From assembly GCA_964106645.2 (NCBI GenBank), contig OZ067038.1: a stretch of 64,000 nt of DNA. The stretch is one strand, 5' to 3'. Source of the DNA: Podarcis pityusensis (Eukaryota). The position numbers were made by a program, and so were the translations under genes. The notes below the pieces were generated by a model, which worked only from the letters and a program-made list of their open reading frames with translations, made no database searches and was not told the DNA's origin. Shown in pieces: positions 50,600-63,878 of this stretch (its first letter is position 1; the number at the start of each line of letters is the position of its first letter).

Positions 50600-51000
50600 T
50601 GTTAGGAACATGGCCCCTCCAGAGCGCAGCGGAAGAGTCAGCCTCAGAAATTGAGCTGAGTGAGCAAGGGGCTGCCTCTGCAGATAGGAGCTGTCTGTCT
50701 GAGTTTAGAGAGGACAGCCCGGATCCCTCCTTCCCAGGGAAGAAGCTGTTTGCTCTCAAGGAGAGGAAGAGTTGGAAGTTGGCCAAAGCATTGCCAGGCA
50801 ACCATCAGATAAGCCAGAGTCTGAGGCTGTGTCTTCTGGGGAAGAGACGGGCCAGCCGTTCAGTCCCTGTATGAGGAGACAGGAAAAGCTCAGAGAGCAA
50901 CGGAAGGGAAGGAGAAGAAAGGCGGGATTTTGGCGTTCTTCCTGTTGGGGGAGGGACGATGAATCAGACTGAGCAACTAATGTTAATTGGGGGGGGGGGA
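50600..51000 (+). mobile_element. LTR copy of the same family as 27974-28467
   Basis: TGTTAGGAAC...CCAGAGCGCAGCGGAAGAGTCAGCCTCAGAAATTGAGCTGAGTGAG aligns with the reverse complement of ~28400-28467; 3' end uncertain. Confidence 0.7.
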
Positions 51001-51263
51001 GCAGATAGCTTATGAGTAACTTTGATTCTGTTTGTTCAGACCTCAAACTATGCAATGGTTTCTTCCTCCTTTAAACATAGTAAGCAAGGTTAGGGCGATT
51101 GTATTATCACCATTTATTGTTGTTATGAACGGTTATTTGCATACACCTGAGTTTTGCAGAGAAATATCACAGATCTTTTCTTTTTCTTGCTTTCATGGCC
51201 TTTTGGCCCCCCTGTTTACATTGTCCCCTCCATGTATTTTATATATTTCACACAGAGAGAATC

Positions 51264-51572
51264 ATATAATCTTAGAGTTGGAAGCTACCCCGAGGATTAT
51301 CTAGTCCAACCTCCTGCAATGCAGGAAGCATTCATGACAGATGGCCATCCAACCTCTGTTTAAAAACCTCCAAGGAAGGAGAGTCCACCACCTCCCAAGG
51401 GAGACCATTCCACTGTTGATCAGCAATTACTGTCAGAAAGTTCTCTCTGGTGTTTAGTTGAAATCTTCTTTCTTGTAACTTGAATCCACTTGTTTGAGTC
51501 CTTTCCTGCAGAGCAAGAGAAAACAAGCTTGCTCCATCTTCCATGTGACAGCCCTTGAGATATTTAGAAGAT
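51264..51572 (-). mobile_element. CR1 3'-end fragment
   Basis: YLKGCHMEDGASLFS...KLQERRFQLN...[26 protein letters not shown]. Confidence 0.9.
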
Positions 51573-52439
51573 GACTTGTTTACTAGCTGGGGATAATGCT
51601 CCATGAATCTGCTGAAGTGAGATTTATGTTAATCAGTAGAGTCTACATTAAATCTGGGTCTTGTAGGTGCCACAAAATATATGGTGGTTATTTTTTGGTA
51701 TGTCTTCTTTTTGTATCACTCAGTTAACAGAAATGGAACAACAGACAGCTGTTTTTGCAAGTACATACAAATAGTGTGATGAAACATGTTTATGTAAATG
51801 TAAGTTCCACTGAAATTAATCTGGCTTCCAAATAAATGGGTTTAAAACTGGACTGAGAAACAATTAATGGGTGCAGCCAAGTGCATACAGCAATTGCCAT
51901 AAATAGGTTTCTGGGCAAAGAAGTGTTGAGCTCAACTGTCAAGGGATATTGTGATTTCCGTGCATGTTGCCTTGGGGCTGAAAAAAGGCCAGAAGCATTC
52001 ATTACTCTTATAATCTATTGTATACTATATTATTTATGAAAGTAGGTTTCCAGCAGTAAAGTTTCCTGATCTTCTTTGTGGCTTCCCTTTCTAAAATGAA
52101 TTGATTTATTTAACACCCCCCTCGGGTCAACAAACTTTGTTCCTGACCTGGCATGACTCTAGTATTTGGATCCTGGGCTGACTCTGCCAAACTATTTAGT
52201 GGTTCTGTGATAGAGGCAAATATTTTCTTAGAACAAGGTTAAACATTTTTGCCTGTGATCAGAGATATTTTTGGATTTCAGCTTCCAAACCTTTTATGGA
52301 GGCAAAACTAAGAAGTGCGTGTGATATTTTGAAGTATTCAATGGCCTGAAATAAATGCCTAAGAAGCATATTCTAAAGATTTCAGCATACTAGGCCCAAG
52401 CGGGACTCTATCTGTTCATACTTCTAGTAATTTATGAGG

Positions 52440-53230
52440 CATTTTCGAATGGCGGACTCCGAGCGAGCAGTCCCTCTTGAGGGAGCTCTCTTTATTCTCT
52501 CTTTTACAGAGGGGGAGAGAAGGTGGCCAGGCGGCGGCTGAGGGGTCTTCCTTTCTGTTCTCTTGACATTCCCTGGCGGGCTTCGGTTCCTGAGGGGGAG
52601 AGCGGAGGCTTCCCTGGGCGCGGGGCTTTCGTGGGGGCGCCCCCTGGGCGGGAGGCCCGCTGCCCCACAGCCGAGCCCTTTCTGAGGGGACTTCGCCGGG
52701 CCTTGGGCGCCGGGCTCCTCCCTCCCTCCCTCCCTCCCGCGCTCGGCCCCGCCCCCTGCGGAGAGCCCTCGGCCCGCCCCCGCCCGCCTCCCGTGCGCGC
52801 ATGCGCGGGCTGCCCCAGCCGCCGCCGCCTTCTCCTCACGCCGGAGGCGCCTGCGAGGAGAGGGAGGGAGGCGGGCAGGCAGCGCCATGGAGCTGGTCGG
52901 GGCGCAGCAGCAGCCGCAGCAGGCGGCGGGCCTGGCCGGGAGGAAGAGGCAGCCCAACCGCGAGAGGCCCGCCGCGGCCGAGGACGACGCCCTCAACCAG
53001 ATCGCCCGCGAGGTGAGCGGCGGCGGGGGGGGCGGGGGCGCCTCTCGCCTCTTTCCGCTCTTCTTCCTCCTCCTCCTCCCCGGGCGGGGGGGCGGGGCTG
53101 TCACCTCGGCCCCTCCCCTTTGACGTGGGAGCTGTCAGGTGCCGCCCCCCCCTTTCTCCCCTCCCTCCCATCAACTTCCGGGAGGCCGTTGGGGGCGGGG
53201 CGGGGGTCCAGCCCATTTGCGACCCCGGCA
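52440..53230 (+). promoter_or_regulatory. LRRFIP1: CpG-island promoter of LRRFIP1
   Basis: GC/CpG-rich; GC boxes (CCCCGCCCC) and NRF1-like GCGCGCATGCGC at ~52795 upstream of the ATG. Confidence 0.85.
52887..53012 (+). CDS. LRRFIP1: LRRFIP1 coding exon 1 (42 codons, phase-0 donor); rest of gene lies beyond the window
   Basis: GCC ATG G Kozak; ...GRKRQPNRERPAAAEDDALNQIARE|GTGAGC matches the recalled LRRFIP1 N-terminus GRKRLPNRERLTAEDDALNQIARE (LRRFIP2 has EDEALSNIARE). The next exon (AEARLAAKR...) was not found in the window. Confidence 0.92.
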
Positions 53231-54292
53231 GAAGAAGGGTTAATAAGCTCATGCATATCCCCTTAATGTGCCCCCCCCTAAAATGTTCAATAAAGTTTGT
53301 AAACACAAAGTATTGTCTTCCAAGACAAAACCGTTTATCTTAATGGCAGGGTTTGAATGAAAGGCAGCCGTCTCCTGTGCCTGGATCCATGACTGGTGTA
53401 CACACAAAGATTTGTATATTTTGTTTTATTTTGAGTGCTGCATTTATACTGCACCTTTTCCCTTTCCCGCAGCTCAAGAGGTCATGCCGGGTTCTTCGCT
53501 CCCCTCTGCTCCAGCAGTCCCCACAACAGCCCTGAGAGGCAGCTTGGGCCTTGCCCCATGGTCACCAGGGAGCTCCAAGACCAAGGGCGGATTTGAGCCC
53601 TGGTCTTTCTCCTGCACTCCAGCCACTACGCCACACTGGCTCTCTGATTTGATTAGGATAGTCACCAGCCATTCTTCTTGTAGTTTGTTTATCTATTTAT
53701 TGCAATTAGATCTCACATTTTCTCCAAAAAGATGAAGGAAGGCTTAACTTTTTATGTATTTGGGTTCTGTGTGTTGCTTCTTACGTTCCATGGCCTCTGG
53801 ACCCTGCTACTTATTTACCTTTCCCTCTTTCTCTCTGTACCTTTTGGTATTATAATATATGATCTGCCAACTGGTTATAAGGCTTCATAGTTCTCATAAA
53901 GGAAGCTGTAGCCCAGAAACACCACAGCAAACACGTTGGTCTTTAAAACATGTTTCATATACCTATAAATTCTTTCTCTCATAGGCTTTTATTGGTTCCT
54001 CTAACTTAAGGTGCTAAAGACCAGGAAAGAGGCGAGAGCTTCTGAAGTATTGTTTTGGCTGTTACTTCTTTAACAGAAGTTTGATCTTTAGGAGGTGATC
54101 TTGTTCTGCACTGTGAGCTTTGCTCACTCTTTTCTGTACTGTTCTGCGGCAACAACTTTTTGGGTGAGTTAAGTAACCTCAGGAGGGAAGTGGAAGATGA
54201 GGAAGTTGATATCTGTACTGACTCTGGTGAGATGCTTGTCCTTTTTAAACTAAAAAAAATTGCAAGTACCAAGCCCTCCAGATGGTTTAGGT

Positions 54293-54514
54293 CAGGGGTT
54301 GGCAAAGTTTTTGTGGCTTGGGCCTGTTCACAGTCCTGCAGATGCCGCAGTGGGCCAGAGTGCGCGAACACGCACGCATGCGCAAACACTATTTCCGGCG
54401 CAGAGGAGGCGTGCACAGCTTTCCATTGGCTGCAGGAGCTTCCAAGTGGGCGGCAGGGTTAAACAACCCCCATGGGCCACTTGTGGCCCATGGGCCTTAG
54501 GTTGCTGATCCCTG
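54293..54514. mobile_element. hAT (Charlie-like) MITE
   Basis: CAGGGGTTGGCAAA...GGTTGCTGATCCCTG; TSD not preserved. Confidence 0.7.
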
Positions 54515-57500
54515 GTGGTTTCCCTCCTCCCCACCCCTTTGTACATACTGTTGCTGTGTGAAGGAGAAAAGGAGAGAGAACTTCCTTTTCTGACATGTTC
54601 CCAAAGATGGTTAAACCTATATCCTTCTAACAGACTGCCCTAGCATACTGACTGGCCAGCTTGATTTTTGTGTGTCTCCATCTTTTGAGCAACATTTTAA
54701 CATTACAAAATGCATTGTTACAACATGTAACAATACAGGCAGGAAAACAATCCTTTGTAACTCTTCTCTGTTGCGTGCCATTGCCTGTAACTTTTATGTT
54801 CTTGCGAAACTCTTTAGACTTGAGTTTATGTTCAGACTGTAGTTTTAGGATATAGGAATTTTGTTAAGGAAGGGCAAAAGATTTTCCAGGTACAATGGAT
54901 TTTGTTAGTAAAATGTGTTGAGGGTATGTTGGTGAAAACTATGGAAACAAAGCAGCTTTTGTGTATCTAGATAGTTTATTCATTATTCAATCTCGTATAT
55001 TTGAGAGTTTCAAGGTAAGGCATATGGCTATGCTCCTATTTTTATATTGTTGAATTGTGTGCTTTAGTTTGCCTGCAAATCTGGATCAAACATTGATTTT
55101 GCATATTGGTTTGTAGAAAATCTATACTTCATTCAATGCATAGCTTTCTAGATTTGGACAGAATAGCAGTCTATTGTTTGATAGAAGGCACAAATGAAAG
55201 CTCCATATACGTGGAGAAAAAGGGAGTGTAAAGGCTGCTTGTAATATAAAATAAACAACAATGGCTTCTCTAACTACAGCCAGTGAAGCCTTATTTCTAT
55301 GATACTGAGCAGGTTTGGATAATGTACAAATGCTTCATAAAGGTGAAAATACGTGCTTTAAAAACCCTGGCATGTCATGTAACAGGTGATTGATTCAGGG
55401 CACACAGTTAGATCTCTCCCCACCGCCACTTGTGGCTGTACTCCCTTGAGAGAGTTTCCAGTTTCCATCTATCTTGAGCAAGTGTAATAGTAGCTGTAGC
55501 AAAGCAGGGATGAGCTGAATGCATTGTTCCCAAGCTTAGTTGCTGTCTGTCGGAAAGTGAAAGTTCAGATAGTACTAGCGCAGTGTAACATGTAGACATG
55601 ATCTCAAATAATTAAAAATTCTTACCATTCAAAATGACCAAAATATTTATAACTCATCTTTTAACAAATAGTATCCAGAACAGCTAACAAAAAAGCTCAA
55701 AACAATAAAATGCATTAGTACAGTACTTTTACTAAAATACAAAATAAAACAACAATGAAATAGTAATCTAAAAGATGTTCTATATTGCCTCCCTCTTGAA
55801 ATGCTCATCCAAAAAAACCTGATTTAACTTGCTACTGAAAGGAACTATTTCCTAGTAAGCATACCATATGAATCTTATCCTGAAAAACTTAAGTTAGGAA
55901 CATAGGATGCTGCTTTATGTTGAGTTAGACAACTGTCCCATCTGGCTCAATATTGCCTACACAAACTGGCAGTAGCTTCCCAGGGTTTCTGGCAGGGTTC
56001 TATCCCAGCCTTTCCCAAAGGTGCCATGAGTTGAACCTGACCTTGTGCATGCAAAGCTGCTGTTTTACCACTGAGCGATGGCCCTTCCTCAAACTCGTAA
56101 GCTGTCTGAACAGTTCTCATAATGCTAAATCTTCCCCAACTTTGTGCACATGAGATGTTTTAGAATACACCTCCCATCAGCCTCAGCTAGCATGGCCATT
56201 GGTTAAGGATGATGGGAATTGTAGTCCGCAACATCTGAAGGGTACCGTGGGGGCTTAGTGCTATGTGAAATGGCCTTGCATTTGTTCATTGCCCCTGCTC
56301 TCATCTCTCCTCTGGCACAGCTGTTGAGAAGGAAAGTGGAAACATGCATTTTCAAGTACCTATAGAGTTGGTTAAATCAAAACAGGAAAGAAATGAAGTT
56401 AGTTTTAACAACTGTTTGTCTGAACAAGCAGAGTTCAAACCATGTTCTATGATCCTGGCTTGTTAGGATAAACTATAATTAAATTAATCAAATTGATTAA
56501 AAGTTAAAACAATGCTCTGCAGCTGGTTGGAAACAGAAGTAGATGCTTTCTGTCCTCTTCTTTGCGGCTGGAGGGAGGGGGCAGGATTGTGGCTTGGGGC
56601 TGCATCTGAACCCGGCCACAGCTGAGCCGTATAGCAGCTTATGTAGGGTTAAGCCAGTTTGTATAGACTGCAGACAAACGACTGCATTCGGATGTAAAGC
56701 TAAACCATGGTATGTTTAGATCAACTCTTGTTTTGTTCATGTGCATGAACTGAATTATGGTTTGTTTGGTCAACAAACCATAATCTAAAACCATTGTTTG
56801 AACTTGGCTTGTGAATCTGCTTGAGCTAACTGTAGTTTATTTTTGATGGTTTGGCATCCTGACTTAATCTAGTGTGCTCCGTTGCTCAATTCTTACTTCC
56901 TGCCTGACTGCAGAGACATGAGGGGAAATTACCTCAAAAGCAAAACAGCTCACATGGCAAGGACTAGTCATGCTTCCACAGACCTCAAGCCTGCCCCACT
57001 TTGCCTTGCAAAAGACTCCTATCCCCACTCACCTCCTCAGTGAGAAGGTTTCCTTACCCATTTTGGCTGGCATTTGGAAAAAGATTAAAGGGTGTGTCTG
57101 CCCTCTTATCCATATCTCACAATGTTAAATAACTACTTGCTCAGTCCTCACTGGGCTGTTTCTGGTGAATTTTTCTTTTACTCCTTCAGGGTTTTTGTGT
57201 GTGTTTCTTTGTATTTCTGCAAATCTTGAGGTTTTTCCAAGCCTTCTCTCTGGCTCTGTAAGGATAGGCAGCCATTAAATCAATCAGTTCACGTTAGGAT
57301 ATGTGATGCCAACAGATGCAGTTGCACAGTATGATCCAAAAATGTCTCCCAAACACAGCCCCTCTGGCCTGTGTCCTTACACCCCCCATTCAATTCTATA
57401 TCCTGAATATGCAAGTTATTGCTTAACACCTATTCTTCTGCTTGGCCAGGACTGACAATTTAGTAGTATACAGGGTGCCCCAAAAGTAGGTATACAATGC

Positions 57501-58204
57501 ATACATACCTATTCTTATTTACTGATATTGTGACTTCCTAATGAAACATGGAAGGTCATGAGCCTACCAATAGTATTTTCTTTGCTTTATAGAAATGCTT
57601 GATACCCCACTGCTCATACTTAAAGGCCAGAGTAGAAGCATAAGAAACCAAGGTTTTGTATGAATATGAAGAATAATTTCTAATAGACCTTGGTTAACCA
57701 AGGTCTTTAGTGCATACATAATATACAGGGCCATAAGTATGATTACTGGAAGATCTTGATCCAGTGTCCTATTTTTAATCTAATTTAGTACTGTGTGATG
57801 TTTGTAGCAGTACATACTTTACCTTTATACTGAAATGTGCAATGGACTGTTTTCTTTAACCAAAGTGGCGTGGCTCATGGGGTTGCAGAAGGGCCCTTCC
57901 CCTTTCTAGGTTTGTCTCCAGAACTAACTGCTTTGTAACATCTGAAGTGTTTATGTGAACAATTTCCCATTCTTCCAGTTGTTTATATACCACTTTTTAA
58001 ATGCTTGATGGAGGCCAATAAATGTCAGGTAGTTTATTTGTTTCTGAGCTTGGTATGTCTTGCCTCTACAGGATGTGAGAGCAGTTTTTAAAAGGAAATC
58101 AGTGTGAACAAATAAAAGGAAACTGTACAAATTACTCATGTTGCATAAAGTCAAGTTCCTACACAATACTAAGAAATTGCACTTAGTGCGGGAATCATAA
58201 TTTT

Positions 58205-58590
58205 AAAAAAATATATTTTTATTAAAGATTTACTGGTTTACAAAAGTATACGCAATGTTTCTTTTTTTAAGTTACATTTTCTACAGATCAGTTTCATTTT
58301 TTGAGACATTAGTATTACATTAGGAAGAAAAGGGGGAAAGAAGTGGAGGGGGAATGGTGAGTGGGGTGGGGGGGGTCAATGCTTCTATGTGTGGGGTTTT
58401 GTGTCAGCATCACTTGTGTAGGTTTTCTTTACTATTCGCTCGTATTCCTTTGGTGGTGAGAGGAGTTGGGGTTGGCCTAGGGTGTGGTTGGTTGTCTTTG
58501 ATTGGGTGTAGTGAAACTTGTTTTCATGTGTGAGTGGGGAGTGTGTGTGTGCTTGGATCAGGTTAGCCAGATTGATTCAAATGCTATTGT
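58205..58590 (-). mobile_element. L1 3'-end fragment
   Basis: Reverse AATAAA and A-rich tail (TTTTTATTAAAGATTT...), G-rich stretch typical of an L1 3'UTR. Confidence 0.55.
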
Positions 58591-59354
58591 TAATCAGGCT
58601 GCCGATAACAGGAAAAAATACTTCTCAACCTTTTGACTAAGACCAAGTGTGGAAAAGAAGTATTAAAAAACCTACCAGCTGTTGTTTGGAACTAACAGCC
58701 AGTGAGTGTGTGAATGACTTGTGGGCCATAGTAATAAATAAGTTTCTTTTTCTTTTGGGCAGGGCTATTGTCTCTTCCTCCAAGGCTTTTATTAGTAATA
58801 TACACAGTTATGCATTTATATTGTTGCCTAATCTCTTCATCTCCACCCTTGCCACAATATCATGCGCCATCACGGAAGGGATATGTTACACTTTTTGAGG
58901 CTTGGTTCATTCTCTTACTATGCACAAAACACATCTGTTCTGCATGGAAGTGTGGGTGCAGTGCAGTTAAGTAATATCGTTTTCAGCATTCTCTTCTTTG
59001 CTTACTTAAGACCACATTCTGCCTATTGAATGGATACAATAAGCCGTAGGTGCTGGAGAAGTAAAAGTTGTTGTCTTTGTCTTCAAATATTGCTTACTCC
59101 TGGGATGCTGGTAATGATGGTGGTGCTGTTGTTGCTGTTTATAAAATGCTCTTCCTCCTGAAGAAGCTCAGGGCAGCAAACACATCCAGAATAATAGGAT
59201 TTAGGGCTGAATTATAGACCTGCTGGTATAGGGCTGTATGTAAATTTATAAAATAATAAAATAATAATGTTCCCAAAGCTCTCAGATAGGCCTGGTTTAC
59301 CCAAGCATGAGTTGGTAGAATGGATTGCACAACTTCTGAGACTGCAGGTGGCGC

Positions 59355-59675
59355 TGAGCCTCTTGGGCTTGCCACTCGGAAGGGGTGAGCTCCCATTGCT
59401 TTGTCCCAGCTTCTGCCAACCTAGCAGTTCAAAAGCACGACAGTGCAAGTAGATAAATAGGTACCGCTGTGGCGGGAAGGTAAACGGCATATCTGTGCAC
59501 TCTGGCTTCTATCACAGTGTCCTGTTGCGCCAGAAGTGGTTTAGTCATGCTGGCCACATGACCCAGAAAGCTGTCTGTGGACAAATGCCGGCTCCCTCAG
59601 CCTGAAAGTGGAGATGAGCCCCATAGTCGCCTTTGACTGGACTTCTCCATCCAGGGGTCCTTTACCTTTTTACCT
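59355..59675 (+). mobile_element. Sauria SINE
   Basis: CTGCCAACCTAGCAGTTCAAAAGC...AGATAAATAGGTACC...CAGGGGTCCTTTACCTTTTTACCT. Confidence 0.88.
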
Positions 59676-59877
59676 GCAGGTGGTGGGTCATATCTTGAAT
59701 GCTTCCTCTAGTTAAATATTCTTTGCAAATTTTCTAGATACAATGTAGGCAGAAACCCAGTTCTAGAAACTTTCTTCATGATGTGATTTTTCTTCCTTGG
59801 TGGTTCATATATTTTCACCAGTGGTATTCTACCTGTAGGCTGAAGTGGCATTGTCCATTCTGCCATCTCATCCCACT

Positions 59878-59878
59878 G

Positions 59879-59919
<41 letters not shown>

Positions 59920-61075
59920 TTATTACTTATACCCCACCTATCTGGCCGGGTCTCCCCAGCCACTCTGGGCGGCTCCCAACAGAATATTAGTAAAGGTAAA
60001 GGGACCCCTGACCATTAGGTCCAGTCCGACCTAGGTGGCCGACTCTGGGGTTGCAGCGCTCATCTCGCTTTATTGGCCGAGGGAGCCGGCGTACAGCTTC
60101 CGGGTCATGTGGCCAGCATGACTAAGCCGCTTCTGGTGAACCAGAGCAGCACACGGAAATGCCATTTACCTTCCCGCCGGAGTGGTACCTATTTATCTAC
60201 TTGCACTTAAACCACAGAGCCTAGAACTTGCCAATCAGAAGGTCGGTGGTTTGAATCCCCGCGACGGGGTGAGCTGCCGTTGCTCGGTCCGAGCTCCTGC
60301 CAACAGAATATTAAAAACACGATAAAACATGAAACATTCCCTAAGTAGGGCTGCTTTCAGATGTCTTCTAAAAGTCAGATAGTTGTTTATTTCCTTGACA
60401 TTTGATTGGAGGGCATTCCACAGGGCAGGCGCTACTACCGAGAAGGCCCTCTGCCTGGTTCCCTGTAACCTCATTTCTTGCAGTGAGGGAACTACCAGAA
60501 GACCCTCGGAGCTGGACCTCAGTGTCTGGGCTCAATGATGGGGGTGGAGATGTTCCTTCAAGTATACTGGGCCAAGGCCATTTAGGGCTTTAAAGGTCAG
60601 CACCAACACTTTGAATTATGCTTGGAAACGTACTGGGAGCCAATGTAGGTCTTTCAGGACCGGTGTTATATGGTCTTGGCGGCCACTCCCAGTCAAGCTG
60701 CCGCATTCTGGATTAGTTGTAGTTTCCTGGTCACCTTCAAAGGTAGTCCCACGTAGAGCGCATTGCAGTAGTTCAAGCGGGAGATAACTAGAGCATGCAC
60801 CACTCTGGCGAGACAGTCTGCGGGCAGGGAGGGTCTCAGCCTGCGTACCAGATGGAGCTGGTAGACAGCTGCCCTGAACACAGAATTGACCTGTGCCTCC
60901 ATGGACAATTGTGAGTCCAAAATGACTCCCAGGCTATGCACCTGGTCCTTCAGAGGCACAGTTACCCCATTCAGGACCAGGGAGTCCTCCACACCTACCT
61001 GTCCCATCCCCCCAAAACAGTACTTCTGTCTTGTCAGGATTCAACCTCAATCTGTTAGCCACCATCCAATCTGTT
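59878..61075 (-). mobile_element. L2 LINE 3' fragment with (TTA)n tail, interrupted by a SINE
   Basis: VHALVISRLNYCNALYVGLPLKVTRKLQLIQNAAA and RAFSVVAPALWNAL...FRRHLKAAL motifs. Confidence 0.88.
59990..60299. mobile_element. Sauria SINE with inverted 5' part
   Basis: 3' half on - strand (59990-~60207), 5' half on + strand (~60208-60302), flanked by duplicated CCAACAGAATATTA (59976-59989 and 60300-60313). Confidence 0.85.
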
Positions 61076-62438
61076 AGCTGCGATATGTAGACTTGACCTT
61101 ACTGTTTCAGCATTCTGTACTTAAAAGCTTGGGCTTTGCATCCTTCTGCAGTAAGGATTATGAGTCTCTTGTTCAACCACTCTGTGCCAGAGTGTGCCAC
61201 TCTGAAAATGTATTCTTAGCTACTGTCCTCAGGTCCTGTCTGAACATCTTTGTTATACACAATTAACCTTGTCTTTCATGCTCTCTTTGCTTTATGCAGA
61301 CATCTGGCCATGTCTGGGGGGCATGCAACAGCTCTTTTTTGATATGACTTGTATGATGTCCAATGTTATACTAAAGTGGCAGTTTTTTGTATTATACTTG
61401 GCTGATTAAAGCTGTGCTGTACCCCAAGCGGCATGCAACAAATACATTACATTATAGGTGAATGCCGTGTTTAGGAAGATTAGTTTTGGAGTGTAAGATG
61501 ATACATTTAACACCTGTCCAGAGGTTCAGTTTCAACAGGAACTGTTTTTGCTCCACAAATTTCATCTGTTTCATAATGTGAATTGTCTAACTTAAAGTTT
61601 TTGCCCTCAATTCCACAAAACTATTCCTAGAGTGTCAGAAAGAAAGAAAGTAAGAAAGAAAGAGTGCTTGTTTCTGCCAGAGGTAGAGCAGCAGCCTGAC
61701 AAGCACAGTATATAATCTGTGCTAGATGGACATGGTAACAGAATCTTAAAATAGCTCTCTGAAATAGCAGCTGCTGTCTGTTTTCTCTTAAACTTCTTTT
61801 ATGAGAATGGTGGCTACCGGCAACAGGGCATTAAAGAGAATTTACCTAAAAGATAATGCTTAAGTCTTCAGTCCTTTTTATCACAAATGCTAAAAACTGG
61901 GTCAGAGAGAGAATGAATACCGTTGGCATTCTGACTTGGGCCACTCATAGTTGTTGCTTCATGTGAAACCGAAATGGACTAAAGAAGTCCCTCTGGCATG
62001 AATATCTGGCTTTGGTAATGGCATAATCGGACATAGACAGATACACCCAGATTTGTTTCTGGGCCACTTGATTATGATGCTTTCATTCATTCATTCATTT
62101 TCCTAAAACGTATTGTGTGTGTAAAAGTAACCCTAATTCGGATGCATTTCCCACTCAAATGTTCTCGCTTAGGATGCTGATTGAGATATTTTGACAGGCC
62201 AGCTCTCAATAACTTTTCTTGCTTCTCCTACTGAAATACCGGCAACAGTTTCAATAAAGATACTGGTGCTGTACACTATAGCTATTGGGATGTAAACCAG
62301 AAAAAGATGTATTGGGTTTCTTCCTTTTGCTAAAGAGGAATTTAAGTGCTTTGTATACATATAAGGATAATTTTATTTTAAAACTTTCCTATTTCAAGTT
62401 CTCCACCATTTGAAGAGGACTTTCAAACATTGGGGGGA

Positions 62439-62558
62439 ATAATAATAATAATAATAATAATAATTTTATTATTTATACCCCTCCCATCTGGCTGGGTTTC
62501 CCCAGCCACTGTGGGCTGCTCCCAACCAAATATTAAAAACACAATACAGCATTAAACA
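62439..62558 (-). mobile_element. L2 3'-terminal fragment
   Basis: (AAT)n + TTTATACCCCTCCCATCTGGCTGGGTTTCCCCAGCCACT, same as 59878-59990. Confidence 0.8.
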
Positions 62559-62861
62559 GACTTCAGCACAGCTAGAAATATCAGACTCTGAAATTCCTTT
62601 TAAAAATGTAGTTTCCTTATGATACCCTGACATAATGTTTGGAGTTCCAGATTAATTTTTGCATTCTTAGTATTTCATGTGCTTTACTGATAATCCAATG
62701 TTTGTGTGCATTGGGCCATAGTATAGCCTTTGAACCTTGTTGAGGTGAGACATTCATTCCCAGAAATACTGAACAAGTTACCAGAAGCTATTAGAAGTTA
62801 CTGGAAGTTACCAGAAGCTGCTGAAGTACTGGTTTGTTTACTGCAGATACAAGGTCAACAC

Positions 62862-63878
62862 TAGGGCTGGGCGATATCTGGTTTTCAACATCATGATATA
62901 TCACCAGCTAAACATCGCAAATATACCAATATATCACAGTGTCTGAAAAACTGAACTATATATGGTGGGCATGAAGATTCTGCGTGCGGGTGGTAAAAGG
63001 AGCAGCCATGAACATCCGGGAGAAGGAGCAGGCAGTCCTGGATGGGTGGGGGGTGGAGGCAGGGGCTTTGCGTCCCCAATTACTGCCCAAGGTGGGGCAG
63101 GTGCATGCCAGGCAACTGCAGCATCTCAGAGGGGTAGCGCCACCACCTCTTTGAAGGGGTGATCCAGCAGGGGTGTGTGCTCAGTGCGTCTTTTCATGCA
63201 GGGAAGTGCTCTCGCAAGTTCTTCTGCCACTTGCCCTCCCCCCCACCCCCCAAAAAGATGGGGTTTGCCGAGATAGAGACGCTGTCCTGACATCTTCTCA
63301 CAGTCACACAGAGGCTCCAGTCATGTGGGACTTGCCTGTTCGCTGCTCACCTGCCTGCCCGTTAAGTGCCAGGCGCTTCCAGTGCCGCCACCAGCCATGA
63401 ATGTGAGGAGAGTGGCCAGCATCTCCGCCCAGCTGGAGGAAGCCACGGGCACTAGGGCTGCCAGCGCAGCATGGGGGCTTTCCAGTCCGGGTTGGAGGCA
63501 GGTGAGGGTGGGGCACAGAGAGTGCTGTTCAACTTCTGCACTCGCCCAGCCCTTGCCACAGGAGTCAGGCAGGGATCTCTGCAGGGGGGTGGCTGGTTCG
63601 CCCCCCCCCATTGCGCGCCATGGGCAACAGCCCCCCTAGGGCATACAGGAGAAGGAGCAAGCAGTCTTGGATGTTTCTTGGGCTGAGATAAATCGCAGCG
63701 AAGTAGCTAGAGCAGGGAGAGGAACTGCGCACAGGGACTGGACTGCTCAAATTGCTGGCAGTTATACTGCCCCCTGGTGTTTTGAACGATATATTGCAAG
63801 GTCAAATTTAATGACCTTTAATTTAATGTAGACTTCATGCTGGGAATGAATGATATAGCGATAAATCACATAGACCTA
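62862..63878. mobile_element. hAT (Ac-like) non-autonomous element carrying host-gene cargo
   Basis: TAGGGCTGGGCGATAT... / ...ATAAATCACATAGACCTA termini, GATAT-rich subterminal repeats, 8-bp TSD GTCAACAC at 62854-62861 and 63879-63886. Confidence 0.85.
63397..63501 (+). pseudogene. KCNIP4: Captured fragment resembling KCNIP4 (KChIP4) coding exon 1
   Basis: GCC ATG...[18 protein letters not shown] versus recalled KCNIP4 N-terminus [20 protein letters not shown]; followed by donor-like GCAG|GTGAGG; lies inside the hAT element. Confidence 0.75.

Noticed and set aside
52416-53306. Long ORFs on both strands across the LRRFIP1 CpG island
   Set aside because: GC artefacts; only 52887-53012 matches a known protein and ends at a splice donor.
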